From the NCBI GenBank assembly GCA_025677605.1, contig GCA_025677605.1_4110.1: 64,000 nucleotides of DNA; one strand, given 5' to 3'. The notes under the pieces are model-generated. The model was not told the origin of the DNA. It saw nothing but the letters and a program-made list of their open reading frames with translations, and did not search any database. This document shows positions 18,880 through 27,833 of the stretch, piece after piece. This DNA comes from a phage. The translations under genes were made by a program, and so were the position numbers. Each line of letters starts with the position of its first letter. The first letter of the stretch is position 1.

Positions 18880-19242
18880 TTATTCGTAAATCTTGCCACT
18901 GTCAGCCCATACCAGGAAACGAGGCATATTATCCCATGCATCTTGTTTTAAGTTTAAGCCGTGCAATACTTCGGTACTTTCCATCCCAGGCACTGGTTTA
19001 CTATACACCGCAAATAGTTCGCCCATGTACTGATAAGCCATCGTTAAATCACTGGCAATCATCTTGTGGATCATCGCATCAAGCATCACAGTAGCGGCGT
19101 ATTGTTCACGCTTAAGCGGCAACATTGCAATCAATTCCCGATAAGCTGATATATGAATCTTTACAGTCTCAGCCGGAAGATCTTTCATCTCTTCGCGAAA
19201 GTTAACCAGGTTAGCAATGATTTTAGTGATTTGAGTCGCCAT
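18880..19242 (-). CDS. hypothetical protein (120 aa)
   Basis: track ORF. Confidence 0.6.
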   Translation of the reverse strand: MATQITKIIANLVNFREEMKDLPAETVKIHISAYRELIAMLPLKREQYAATVMLDAMIHKMIASDLTMAYQYMGELFAVYSKPVPGMESTEVLHGLNLKQDAWDNMPRFLVWADSGKIYE

Positions 19243-19534
19243 CGTTTTAATTCCTATTAAAGTGAGTTAGGAGCGTTTCCCCCGTCTCGATGTAAAACAT
19301 TATACGCCCTTAAACATAGTATGCAAGTACTTTCTACAAATACTTTTAAAATAGTTTTCTTTCTATATAGGAGTACTATCATTCAGTACTGAATCAATCC
19401 AGTGGTACAATTATTCAGTACTATACCCTTAAAACGGCCTCAATCGCGTTCTAACGCATTAATACACCTAAGCTATACATTTGCACCACTCCCAACAATC
19501 CAGGGCTTTACGGGCCGTTTAAACACCAGTACTG

Positions 19535-20044
19535 TTAAGAGTACTTTTTAAAATATTTTATTATTGTTTCCTTTGTAACTCCAAATTTTCTACCCAATGC
19601 AGTAGCACCATAAACGCGATCCCCTGGCTTATAATGTGTTATAATGTATTGTGTATCGTCGGCGGTCAAACGTGCCTTATCGTTATCATATCCCGTTAAA
19701 CGTGGTTTAACTAATCCAGAATCAAACGCATGTTTAACATTTTCGCTATTGGTTGCCCATTCCAACGCGGTGTAATGATTGTTCGCCTTTCCCTTTAAAT
19801 GATTAACTTGAACTATCTTATAGTGAGTTTTTGCAGCCCATGCGATTTGTTCCGCAGTAGGCGGTGATAGATAGTTATTAGCAACCAATCTATGAACAAA
19901 ATGATCCCCATCGTTTAACGATACTCTTTGATAACCTTTTTCGGTTATACGTGGTTTAAGATTGGTTGTAGTGCCAATCTTTCTAACATCCCCATACTCG
20001 CTAACTTCATATAAATTATTTTCTTTTAGTACCTTCCATTGCAT
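19535..20044 (-). CDS. HNH homing endonuclease (NUMOD4-like N-terminus, 169 aa)
   Basis: YEVSEYGDVRK N-terminal motif and GYQRVSL...HRLVA HNH-type core. Confidence 0.6.
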   Translation of the reverse strand: MQWKVLKENNLYEVSEYGDVRKIGTTTNLKPRITEKGYQRVSLNDGDHFVHRLVANNYLSPPTAEQIAWAAKTHYKIVQVNHLKGKANNHYTALEWATNSENVKHAFDSGLVKPRLTGYDNDKARLTADDTQYIITHYKPGDRVYGATALGRKFGVTKETIIKYFKKYS

Positions 20045-20584
20045 ACACGATCCCCTGATGTAACATTTATTTGATACTATTATATCATAAAAATATGTTC
20101 CATCTCATAAAATAGTACTTGCATTCTGTACGGCATAGCGTATAATTACTACATAAGCCGGAAACAAGGCACTAACCCACAGGGTGCCGAGATCCGCCCA
20201 AAATTCATATAATTTAAAAAGGATACACTCCCGCACCCTAGCAGGTCAAAGCACTTTCTCAGTACTGAATCATAGTACCATAGTACGCCCCAGGATGGCA
20301 AGCAAATTAATTAAAACTTTTTACACTTAGGCTATTGCTTTTATAATTCAGTACTGCTATAATTATTTCATCAAGTCGAGAAAGACTCTAGCCCACCGGG
20401 TGCATAGTTACGCCCAAAATTCAGTACTAGATTATTTTTAAAAATATTCATCCAGGCGGTTGACATACCCCGCTAAAACTGGGATAATGTTTCCAGATTC
20501 AGAAAAATCTAACTCCAGATACTGCGGGGAAACCATCCCCACGCGGTAGGGGAACTATTGGAAAAAACAAAATAAAAATTTTGA

Positions 20585-20765
20585 TTTAGCCGTCTATACA
20601 TCCAGACGTGTAACCATCTAGCCATCTAGCCGTCCAAACGTCTAGCAGTACAGCCATCTAGAAATCTAGCCATCTAGAAATCTAGCCATCCAGCCGTCTA
20701 GAGGGATAGCCATCTTTACTTCCAGACTTCTGGAGGGCTAGACATCTCTACGTCCAAAATCCACC
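20585..20765. repeat. iteron-like direct repeats (core ATCTAGCC / AGCCGTCTA) plus palindrome TCCAGACTTCTGGA
   Basis: at least 8 CTAG-containing repeat units inside the 1.7 kb ORF-free region. Confidence 0.6.
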
Positions 20766-21776
20766 CAGGGTTACTACGCCCAAAATCCGTCAGTACTATA
20801 CCATAGATCTATCTTTAAGAAGGGAGTATTCAGTACTGCCATCATAGTCCTCACTATGTTACCCTAGGAGGATGAAGACTATCATGTAGTACTGAATACT
20901 TTTAAGGGGAATATCATCACATTGCGTGATGCATTATATATTAGATTAATATCAGTACTGCTACCATTCTGTTAATAACAGTACTGTTTATATTACGAAA
21001 AAAGAGGTTGTCAAAGATGAACCACTGCATAGGAGGATTCAATCTCTTCTGTACTGTCTCACGACAGGAGGGTTAAGGCTCTGAATTGTTTGCGGCAATT
21101 CATCACTCTATGTAGAACATTATACAGTACTGAATCATAATGTCAATAGATTTCTTCCATTATTCAGTACTGAAAACATATCTTCTGTATCTCTTCAAAA
21201 CTCATTATATCCCACTAATCCTATATGTCCCAATGTAAATTTCAACTTTCGAAGATCCAACTTTTATTTCATAGGTACTCCAAAATTTTTACGATCCAGA
21301 TTTACGATGGAGTACTAACCAACTTTTTGCTGGAGCCTCAAGGGGTATTCGGAATTTTCCCCAATGGGTATTCGGGATTTTTGACGAAGGGTAAATTGAA
21401 CTTTTTTGAATAGGTGATTGGGAGTTTTCAGTACTGGTCATTCCGTGATTACTTTTGATTGGAAATGATTTGTTTTGCAATTGTTCAGTACTGTAAAATT
21501 ATGTAAATTTTGGGCGACTTCATTTGCCTACTTAGTGGGATATCAGTACTGAATCATTCCTGCACTCTAGTACTCAATACTCTTCACTACAATGATTATA
21601 AATGATTACTTAAATGTTTATATATGATTACTTATGACTACCTATGATTACGGGGTTTAGCCTGGGGAGAATCCTAGTGATCGCATTTGTCCAGGCTGAA
21701 TTTTAACATATGCAACATATGTTAAAGCCTGTATAATGCTTGCACTACGGAGCTTCCCCTAGCTATATGTGTTTAA

Positions 21777-21974
21777 TTACTTCCTATATATAAGCATTAA
21801 GATATAGTAGTACTGATTGTACTGTACATTCTCTAGAACAGGAGAAGGGTCTATTGCTATATTAGTACATTTATTAAATTCATATCGAGTCATTGGTAGA
21901 GGGATTAGAGCGTTAATCCATACTTGTTCATTCTCTTTGAGTTTACTTATATAGAATTCTTTATGGTCATTCAT
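21777..21974 (-). CDS. small paralog family A member (65 aa; MNDHKEFY...LIYRK)
   Basis: track ORF trimmed to family-consistent ATG; N-terminal K[ED][FY]Y and C-terminal Y..L.LI[YF] shared with array. Confidence 0.55.
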   Translation of the reverse strand: MNDHKEFYISKLKENEQVWINALIPLPMTRYEFNKCTNIAIDPSPVLENVQYNQYYYILMLIYRK

Positions 21975-21975
21975 A

Positions 21976-22167
21976 TTAGTGTCTGTATATAAGTAATAGT
22001 AAGAATACGTACTGCACCTGTTCATCTTTAGTATTGAGTACTGTACGTATTGCGTCCTTAAACAAGAATATAGAACTTGGGTCATGGGAATTTAAAGGGA
22101 TTACGGGGACGGCATCTTTGTAGTTCTCTTTAACAAATTGTTTATAGTATTCTTTATAATTATCCAT
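21976..22167 (-). CDS. small paralog family A member (63 aa)
   Basis: MDNYKEYY...LIYRH. Confidence 0.6.
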   Translation of the reverse strand: MDNYKEYYKQFVKENYKDAVPVIPLNSHDPSSIFLFKDAIRTVLNTKDEQVQYVFLLLLIYRH

Positions 22168-22360
22168 AGATATATACTAGCAACATTAGGTTAGAGTATA
22201 GTGCTTTAGTGTCATCTTGTTCTAGAGCTTCAATTGAGTTCGTTGTAGCTTTCCTAAAGCCCATTTTTGCGTATGCACTTTTTGGATTAACGGGGGCGGC
22301 GGCTTCGCACCAGATTCTTTCGGTGCTTGATAGTTTACTCATATAGAATTCTTTATACAT
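22160..22360 (-). CDS. small paralog family A member (66 aa)
   Basis: MYKEFY...LVYIYG; 8-nt overlap with neighbour. Confidence 0.6.
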   Translation of the reverse strand: MYKEFYMSKLSSTERIWCEAAAPVNPKSAYAKMGFRKATTNSIEALEQDDTKALYSNLMLLVYIYG

Positions 22361-22361
22361 A

Positions 22362-22544
22362 TTAGTACCTGAATATTAGCATTGTTATGTAGTACAGCAT
22401 ATATGGATTGTCATCGTATATTAGGGTGTACTTAGTACATTGTTGGAACATTATCTTTGCGTGATCTTTTATTCCTATTGGTTCTGTTGGTACAAGGTGT
22501 TGGAGATGCATTGGGAGATGATCTTTATAAAATTCTTTATACAT
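22362..22544 (-). CDS. small paralog family A member (60 aa)
   Basis: MYKEFY...LIFRY. Confidence 0.6.
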   Translation of the reverse strand: MYKEFYKDHLPMHLQHLVPTEPIGIKDHAKIMFQQCTKYTLIYDDNPYMLYYITMLIFRY

Positions 22545-22552
22545 ATTAGTCC

Positions 22553-22741
22553 TTAGTACTGGAACGCGAGATACAGAGTGTGGTACAGTTGCACTTGAGA
22601 ATTGTTTTCATTAAGTACTTGTTCAGTACATGTGCGGAAGTAATCAGCTTCGTATATACAGTTAATATCGCGAGGTTCATCTTCTAATAGATTGCCTTGT
22701 AGAAACTTTGGTAGTTCTTTTATGTAGTATTCTTTATGCAT
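22553..22741 (-). CDS. small paralog family A member (62 aa)
   Basis: MHKEYY...LAFQY. Confidence 0.6.
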   Translation of the reverse strand: MHKEYYIKELPKFLQGNLLEDEPRDINCIYEADYFRTCTEQVLNENNSQVQLYHTLYLAFQY

Positions 22742-22750
22742 ATGATTTCC

Positions 22751-22939
22751 TTAGTACACGAATGCGAGGTACAGGGTGTGGTACAGTACTCGATGATAGC
22801 TATCATAATCTTGTATACATGCTTTAGTGCACATAGTAAAGTACTTTTTATCGTTTTGTGCATTGATACCGCGAGGTTTATCTAATAGATTAGTTATGAG
22901 GTACATTGGGAAATATTTTGTGTAGTATTCTTTGTGCAT
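22751..22939 (-). CDS. small paralog family A member (62 aa)
   Basis: MHKEYY...LAFVY. Confidence 0.6.
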   Translation of the reverse strand: MHKEYYTKYFPMYLITNLLDKPRGINAQNDKKYFTMCTKACIQDYDSYHRVLYHTLYLAFVY

Positions 22940-22940
22940 A

Positions 22941-23123
22941 TTAGTACCTGTATATAAGTGTTAGTACATTGTACAAGTTATAGATATCATCTTCATTTAT
23001 TGCAGATTCTGTTTGATATCGGTAGAATATAGTTTGGCTTTTATCTTTGAAATCTACAGGTTTTTGGGGAATAAGTTTTTGGAGATCTATTGTAAGTTTA
23101 CTTACGTAGTATTCTTTATACAT
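22941..23123 (-). CDS. small paralog family A member (60 aa)
   Basis: track ORF 22941..23186 trimmed to MYKEYY start; ends LIYRY. Confidence 0.55.
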   Translation of the reverse strand: MYKEYYVSKLTIDLQKLIPQKPVDFKDKSQTIFYRYQTESAINEDDIYNLYNVLTLIYRY

Positions 23124-23787
23124 AGTTTGTAATATAAGTAATGAGGTGATGAATTTTCTTATCAGTACTGATAAGTTCCTGTACATGTTTTGTTAGTTTG
23201 TACGCGTTTTTGTACAGTACAGGATTATCGATTACAGTACTGTACATGAATAGATCTTCTTCCTGTAGTTCTTTGTGTTCTAGTTCTTTGAGGAATTCTA
23301 CAATTGATTTAGTTTCTTCTGTACGTTGCTGTTGGAAGAAATGCATGTTATCGTGTATTTCTTCTGAACCCATACTGTATATGCCACCCATTTGGAATTG
23401 TGCTGTATTGACATCGTGGGAGGTGTTACAATTCCCGAAGAAGTATGTATTCCCGAAGTATAGCATTAAAGTGCACGGGGTATTATCCAACTGCATATGG
23501 ATGATGAAGGATGCGTTCTTTAGTACCTTCATGCTCGTATTAGTACTCAATACTTTTAAATCAGTATTATAGATATTCATATAATGAACAGCTATATTAT
23601 TTTTCTTCATGTACAATTCAAGGTTCTTTGATACGTTAACTCCATTTGTACTGGTTTTTTTACTTTTCTTTAGGTTCTTTAGTACATTAGGGTGATAAGT
23701 ATATGCATTAGTGGTAGATTCAGCCTGGATTGATTGCAGGTACTTGAAGTGCTGTAGGTATCGTTTACTTTGTGGATTGAGTTTCAT
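23116..23787 (-). CDS. hypothetical protein (223 aa) embedded in the small-paralog array
   Basis: track ORF; AAGGAG RBS; not a family member. Confidence 0.6.
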   Translation of the reverse strand: MKLNPQSKRYLQHFKYLQSIQAESTTNAYTYHPNVLKNLKKSKKTSTNGVNVSKNLELYMKKNNIAVHYMNIYNTDLKVLSTNTSMKVLKNASFIIHMQLDNTPCTLMLYFGNTYFFGNCNTSHDVNTAQFQMGGIYSMGSEEIHDNMHFFQQQRTEETKSIVEFLKELEHKELQEEDLFMYSTVIDNPVLYKNAYKLTKHVQELISTDKKIHHLITYITNYV

Positions 23788-23815
23788 TTTAGTCTCCTTA
23801 AATTGCTTATACTGC

Positions 23816-23995
23816 TTATACTGTTACAAGCGAGATTATTTCTCTGTATGGGTTATTTTTTGTCAGGACGTGATGAATGCAGCTATTGAGATTAATAGTT
23901 TTAGTACTTTTTGTTCCTATGTTGTAGTACTTCACGAAGGTGTCGTACATGAAACGATCCTTAGTACTGAGATTATCGGTGTAGTACTCTAGCAT
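23816..23995 (-). CDS. small paralog family B member (59 aa; MLEYY...)
   Basis: hand-translated; below track length cut-off. Confidence 0.45.
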   Translation of the reverse strand: MLEYYTDNLSTKDRFMYDTFVKYYNIGTKSTKTINLNSCIHHVLTKNNPYREIISLVTV

Positions 23996-24005
23996 AGTTT
24001 ATTCC

Positions 24006-24185
24006 TTATATAGAGATTAGTTTCAGTACTTCTCTGTACGTGTACTTTTCGTTTTGTGCTTCTACTGTACATGATAGCAGGTATCGTTTTTTATCTCTTT
24101 TGTTCCCGACTGTGTAGTACCTTTGGAATTGATTATAGATGTATCTATCTTTGTTCTGGAGTTTATAGATATAGAATTCTTGCAT
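24006..24185 (-). CDS. small paralog family B member (59 aa; MQEFY...EVLKLISI)
   Basis: hand-translated. Confidence 0.45.
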   Translation of the reverse strand: MQEFYIYKLQNKDRYIYNQFQRYYTVGNKRDKKRYLLSCTVEAQNEKYTYREVLKLISI

Positions 24186-24193
24186 AGTGTACC

Positions 24194-24373
24194 TTAGATA
24201 GAAATTAGTTTCAGTACTTCATTATATGTGAACATTTCGTCCTGTGCCAATTTAGTACAATTCAGGAGTAATTTTCTTTGTTTTCTTTGCGAACTACAAT
24301 GATAGCTCATTGAGAAGTAATTGAAGCCGTATCTATCTTCTGGGTAAATTACGCTTAGGTAGTATTCTAGCAT
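24194..24373 (-). CDS. small paralog family B member (59 aa; MLEYY...EVLKLISI)
   Basis: hand-translated. Confidence 0.45.
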   Translation of the reverse strand: MLEYYLSVIYPEDRYGFNYFSMSYHCSSQRKQRKLLLNCTKLAQDEMFTYNEVLKLISI

Positions 24374-24381
24374 TGTATTCT

Positions 24382-24567
24382 CTACATTTCAATAAGTTTA
24401 AGTACTGCTCTGTACGTGTACTTAGTTGTTAGTACTTCTTTTATAGCAGTACAGAAGTAATGTTGTTTGTCTCTTATACTGCCGCGTTTGTAGTACCATA
24501 CATGGGAGTTGTGGCTGTACTTGTCTCTGTCGGATAGTTGTTGGTAATAGTAGCTTATATGATTCAT
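24382..24567 (-). CDS. small paralog family B member (61 aa)
   Basis: track ORF; ends AVLKLIEM. Confidence 0.55.
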   Translation of the reverse strand: MNHISYYYQQLSDRDKYSHNSHVWYYKRGSIRDKQHYFCTAIKEVLTTKYTYRAVLKLIEM

Positions 24568-24776
24568 TGTAATGTAATTAGCCTTACTATATTAAAGTAC
24601 TCGGTCCCTGTTGCACCTTGTAGAATATTACGCACGACATGTTTGTGGTGCAGGATGATTGCTGAAGGTGCGGTTCTTTTAAGTTTTTTAAAAGTACTGA
24701 ATTCTTGTTTAAGTATGAACTGTACATCTTTAGGGAGAATATCTATGTAGTACTGATGAATGTTTGTAATTTTCAT
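24564..24776 (-). CDS. small paralog array member (70 aa)
   Basis: track ORF; 4-nt overlap with neighbour. Confidence 0.55.
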   Translation of the reverse strand: MKITNIHQYYIDILPKDVQFILKQEFSTFKKLKRTAPSAIILHHKHVVRNILQGATGTEYFNIVRLITLQ

Positions 24777-24787
24777 ATAGTACCTTT

Positions 24788-24979
24788 TTAGAACTTAAAG
24801 ATGAGGTACATGATAGATAGGTACTTAGTTGAAGTAAATGGTTGTTCTATTGCATAACGTGTCTCCAACCTGAAATCGTAATTATAAAAGGGACTATTCT
24901 TTCTCATAGGTTCTTGAGGGAATGAGTCCCTGTATTGTTCGTGTAGTTTACTACAGTAGAAATCTTTATGATTATTCAT
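24788..24979 (-). CDS. small paralog family A member (63 aa)
   Basis: MNNHKDFY...LIFKF. Confidence 0.6.
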   Translation of the reverse strand: MNNHKDFYCSKLHEQYRDSFPQEPMRKNSPFYNYDFRLETRYAIEQPFTSTKYLSIMYLIFKF

Positions 24980-25181
24980 AGAAGTATATTAGTCCGATTA
25001 AACTTGAGTACTGCATATTTTTGTTATTGCATTCAATAGCTTCTAGAGTACTACGTATACAATTATTAAAGCAATTCCTTGTGTTGGGTGTGTCTATACT
25101 TACAGGTGGTACACTCCTTAGAAACATTTGTTCTTCGTTGCTGAGGTATTTGGTGTAGAATTCTTTATGTTCAGTATTCAT
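24972..25181 (-). CDS. small paralog family A member (69 aa)
   Basis: MNTEHKEFY...LIYFYE. Confidence 0.6.
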   Translation of the reverse strand: MNTEHKEFYTKYLSNEEQMFLRSVPPVSIDTPNTRNCFNNCIRSTLEAIECNNKNMQYSSLIGLIYFYE

Positions 25182-25182
25182 A

Positions 25183-25383
25183 TTAGTACTCCAATAGTAG
25201 TGTTAAGATGAAATAGTACTGCATACTTTCGTTACCTTCTATTGCATTCCAGATGAGGTTATTCCTGTTTGAGTTCAGGAGTCCTGGTATGCGTTTAGCA
25301 TTTTTCAGTACTGTTTTTTGGTTCTTCATTGCATCTTGTAGCCCAGGGTGCAATGCATTGATGTAGTACGGGTTAATGTTCAT
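25183..25383 (-). CDS. small paralog array member (66 aa)
   Basis: MNINPYY...LLLEY. Confidence 0.55.
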   Translation of the reverse strand: MNINPYYINALHPGLQDAMKNQKTVLKNAKRIPGLLNSNRNNLIWNAIEGNESMQYYFILTLLLEY

Positions 25384-25607
25384 ATAGCCACTAGTACTAA
25401 GATGTTTAAAAATTGTTTACGGGTATCCCCTAATAGTGTATTGTGTACAATGCTCACAGTAAGGGTATTCAGTGCACTACCAAGCATAAGGTTACACCCT
25501 GTGCTCTTATGATTTTTTAGTTCAATTAGCCACGATTGGTCAGAGAGAACCTTTGCGTACTCTAGTTCATTTAGTTCATTGATGTAGTACTTTAGAGCAT
25601 ATGGCAT
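25380..25607 (-). CDS. small paralog array member (75 aa), first gene of leftward operon
   Basis: AAGGAG RBS; promoter TTGACA-17-TACTAT immediately upstream. Confidence 0.55.
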   Translation of the reverse strand: MPYALKYYINELNELEYAKVLSDQSWLIELKNHKSTGCNLMLGSALNTLTVSIVHNTLLGDTRKQFLNILVLVAI

Positions 25608-25709
25608 GTACGATTCTCCTTAGATTTCTCATATAGTACATCAGTACTGAAAGGGTGTCAAGGGTTTTCTTTTTTGATTAAATATAGTATAATGAATAAA
25701 GGAGGAATT
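25608..25709. promoter_or_regulatory. divergent promoter region between the two paralog arrays
   Basis: minus-strand TTGACA-17-TACTAT and plus-strand ATATAGTATAAT + AAAGGAGGA. Confidence 0.55.
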
Positions 25710-26606
25710 ATGTTACCTTTTGTTAGAATGTTTAAGTACGGGAATGTAGGTCCATTACCTGGCCCAAATGGTGGAGTACGAACACCATTTACTACAACAC
25801 CCGTACCTTCAGCACGAAATAACTTTGGTTATACGTATGATGCGGAAAGTAATATTGCTTATATATTTGGTGGTATACAGAATGCGGTGCAGACGGATAA
25901 TCAGTTATGGAGTTTTAATTTAACTACAAGAACGTGGTCACAATTAGCCAATGCACCTGTATCTACATTTGGTAGTGCGTTATGTGCTTATCAGGGAAAA
26001 ATATATTTGTTTGGTGGTTCAGGTAATAGTAGTAATAATTTTTATGTATATAATATAAGTACAAATACATGGATTCTGAACACTAACAGTATTGGGAAGC
26101 CTAGTCAACTGGCGTATAGTAAGATGATTACTGCTGGGGATAAGATATATTTGTGGGGTTCGCCTACTAATAATTCGTTATACAGTTATACTCCAAGTAC
26201 TAATACATGGTCATCATTAGGTACAAGTGATGGAACAAATAACAATGGAGGTGGTGATATGTGTACGGATGGTACTTACATATATATTACTGGTCAAGGT
26301 ACTAGTACTGCACAAAAATATCATATACAAAGTGCGGTGTGGTCTAACATAGCACCAGTTGGTGGTAATAACCCTAGTAAAATATGTTACAGTACATATG
26401 ATAAAAATATATATGCAGTGTCGTATGGTGCATTAAATTTATTGAGATACGATGCAGAAGAAGACATATGGATTCCCTTAGCGGTTAATACTACTTTGAG
26501 TAGTAGTACTGGTGCGTTATTTGGTTCTAAGAATAGTGCTGAGATATTTTATGTACTTGGTTTTGACAATGGCACTCGTGTTAATACGCAGTATGTTTTT
26601 AAATAA
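25710..26606 (+). CDS. MLPFVRM-leader beta-propeller paralog 1 (298 aa; Kelch-like GG/Y/W repeats)
   Basis: start set at ATG after AAAGGAGGA; repeated IYLFGG / IYLWGS blades. Confidence 0.6.
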   Translation: MLPFVRMFKYGNVGPLPGPNGGVRTPFTTTPVPSARNNFGYTYDAESNIAYIFGGIQNAVQTDNQLWSFNLTTRTWSQLANAPVSTFGSALCAYQGKIYLFGGSGNSSNNFYVYNISTNTWILNTNSIGKPSQLAYSKMITAGDKIYLWGSPTNNSLYSYTPSTNTWSSLGTSDGTNNNGGGDMCTDGTYIYITGQGTSTAQKYHIQSAVWSNIAPVGGNNPSKICYSTYDKNIYAVSYGALNLLRYDAEEDIWIPLAVNTTLSSSTGALFGSKNSAEIFYVLGFDNGTRVNTQYVFK

Positions 26607-26618
26607 TTTGGAGGAATT

Positions 26619-27761
26619 ATGTTACCTTTTGTTAGAATGTTAGAGTACGGGAATATTGCACCAGAACCAAAACCTCTATTTAAAAATAGATTACAAGCAA
26701 ATTATAATACTCGTTTTTATTTGCATGTTAATGGTGACTTGTACTGGTATGGTTCATCTTCATTTGGACAAGGTGGTAATGGTTCATTACAATCATCCAC
26801 CGTATGGACCCGTGTGAATAATAATATTGAACGTTACTGGGGTGGTGTTCTTGGTTCCATTGCCATTAAGAATGATGGAACTATTTGGTTCACAGGTGCT
26901 AGTATAGTAATGCCACAAATCGGAACAAATACAAATGGGGTTTGGATTGATGTAACCCAGTACTTCACTGATTTTGGTGTCAGTGCTGATGATATTGATG
27001 GTATTGCTGTTGGGCAGAATTTGCGTGTATTTTTAAAAAATGGAAAATGGTTCTACTGTGGTGCTGGCGAAGGTGGTGTATTTGGTAACGCGTCAACAGC
27101 TAATGTCACATCGTTCAGATACAGCACTATAGAAAATGTTAAAAGTTATGGCTGTTCTTTGCTCAGTACTGGGTTAGTACTTGATGATGGCTCCTATTGG
27201 TATGCAGGAAATACTGTTGCTCCTGGTAGTACAAAAACATCAAATATATTAAGTTTTACAAAAGACAATACGATCACCAATGCTATACAAGCTGTAAATA
27301 CATACCGTACTTCATATATATTTCTTAATGATGGTTCAGTGAAGGTTGCTTCACCAAATGCATATGGTCAAGCTGGTGTAGGTACAGTATCAGCAGTACC
27401 AATGAGTACATTAATTCCCAATTTATCATTCCAAGGTGAAATAGAGTTGGTGGGTGGTTTATCCAACAACGAAGGGAATGGATGTGTTGTTAAAAATAAT
27501 AATAAGTTATATACTTGTGGTCGAAATACCTATGGTGCATGTGGTGTTAATCAAACATCCGAAAATATACTAACTTTCACCGAAATGGTTCTTGATGCAT
27601 TAGAAGGAAGACGAATTTCAGGCTTCGTAATTGATAATTTCTATTCAATGATAATTGATGAAAATAACAATTTGTATATGAGTGGTTTACCTGAACTTGG
27701 AAATGTTCCAGCCGTTAGAGTACCAACCAGAGTTCCTGATTCACTTCTACCGTGGAAATAA
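26619..27761 (+). CDS. MLPFVRM-leader beta-propeller paralog 2 (380 aa; RCC1-like repeats)
   Basis: GxNxYGQ/AxG repeats; no cassette before it, probably co-transcribed with paralog 1. Confidence 0.6.
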   Translation: MLPFVRMLEYGNIAPEPKPLFKNRLQANYNTRFYLHVNGDLYWYGSSSFGQGGNGSLQSSTVWTRVNNNIERYWGGVLGSIAIKNDGTIWFTGASIVMPQIGTNTNGVWIDVTQYFTDFGVSADDIDGIAVGQNLRVFLKNGKWFYCGAGEGGVFGNASTANVTSFRYSTIENVKSYGCSLLSTGLVLDDGSYWYAGNTVAPGSTKTSNILSFTKDNTITNAIQAVNTYRTSYIFLNDGSVKVASPNAYGQAGVGTVSAVPMSTLIPNLSFQGEIELVGGLSNNEGNGCVVKNNNKLYTCGRNTYGACGVNQTSENILTFTEMVLDALEGRRISGFVIDNFYSMIIDENNNLYMSGLPELGNVPAVRVPTRVPDSLLPWK

Positions 27762-27768
27762 TATAATA

Positions 27769-27833
27769 GCCAGTACTCTGTACTGGCTTTTCTTATTTGT
27801 ATTAAATATAGTATAATGAATAAAGGAGGAATT
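27769..27833 (+). promoter_or_regulatory. terminator-promoter-SD cassette
   Basis: hairpin GCCAGTACTCTGTACTGGC + T-run, then ATATAGTATAAT and AAAGGAGGA. Confidence 0.6.

Noticed and set aside
20585-20765. CRISPR array
   Set aside because: Repeat units are only 8-16 bp, irregular and without unique spacers of constant length.
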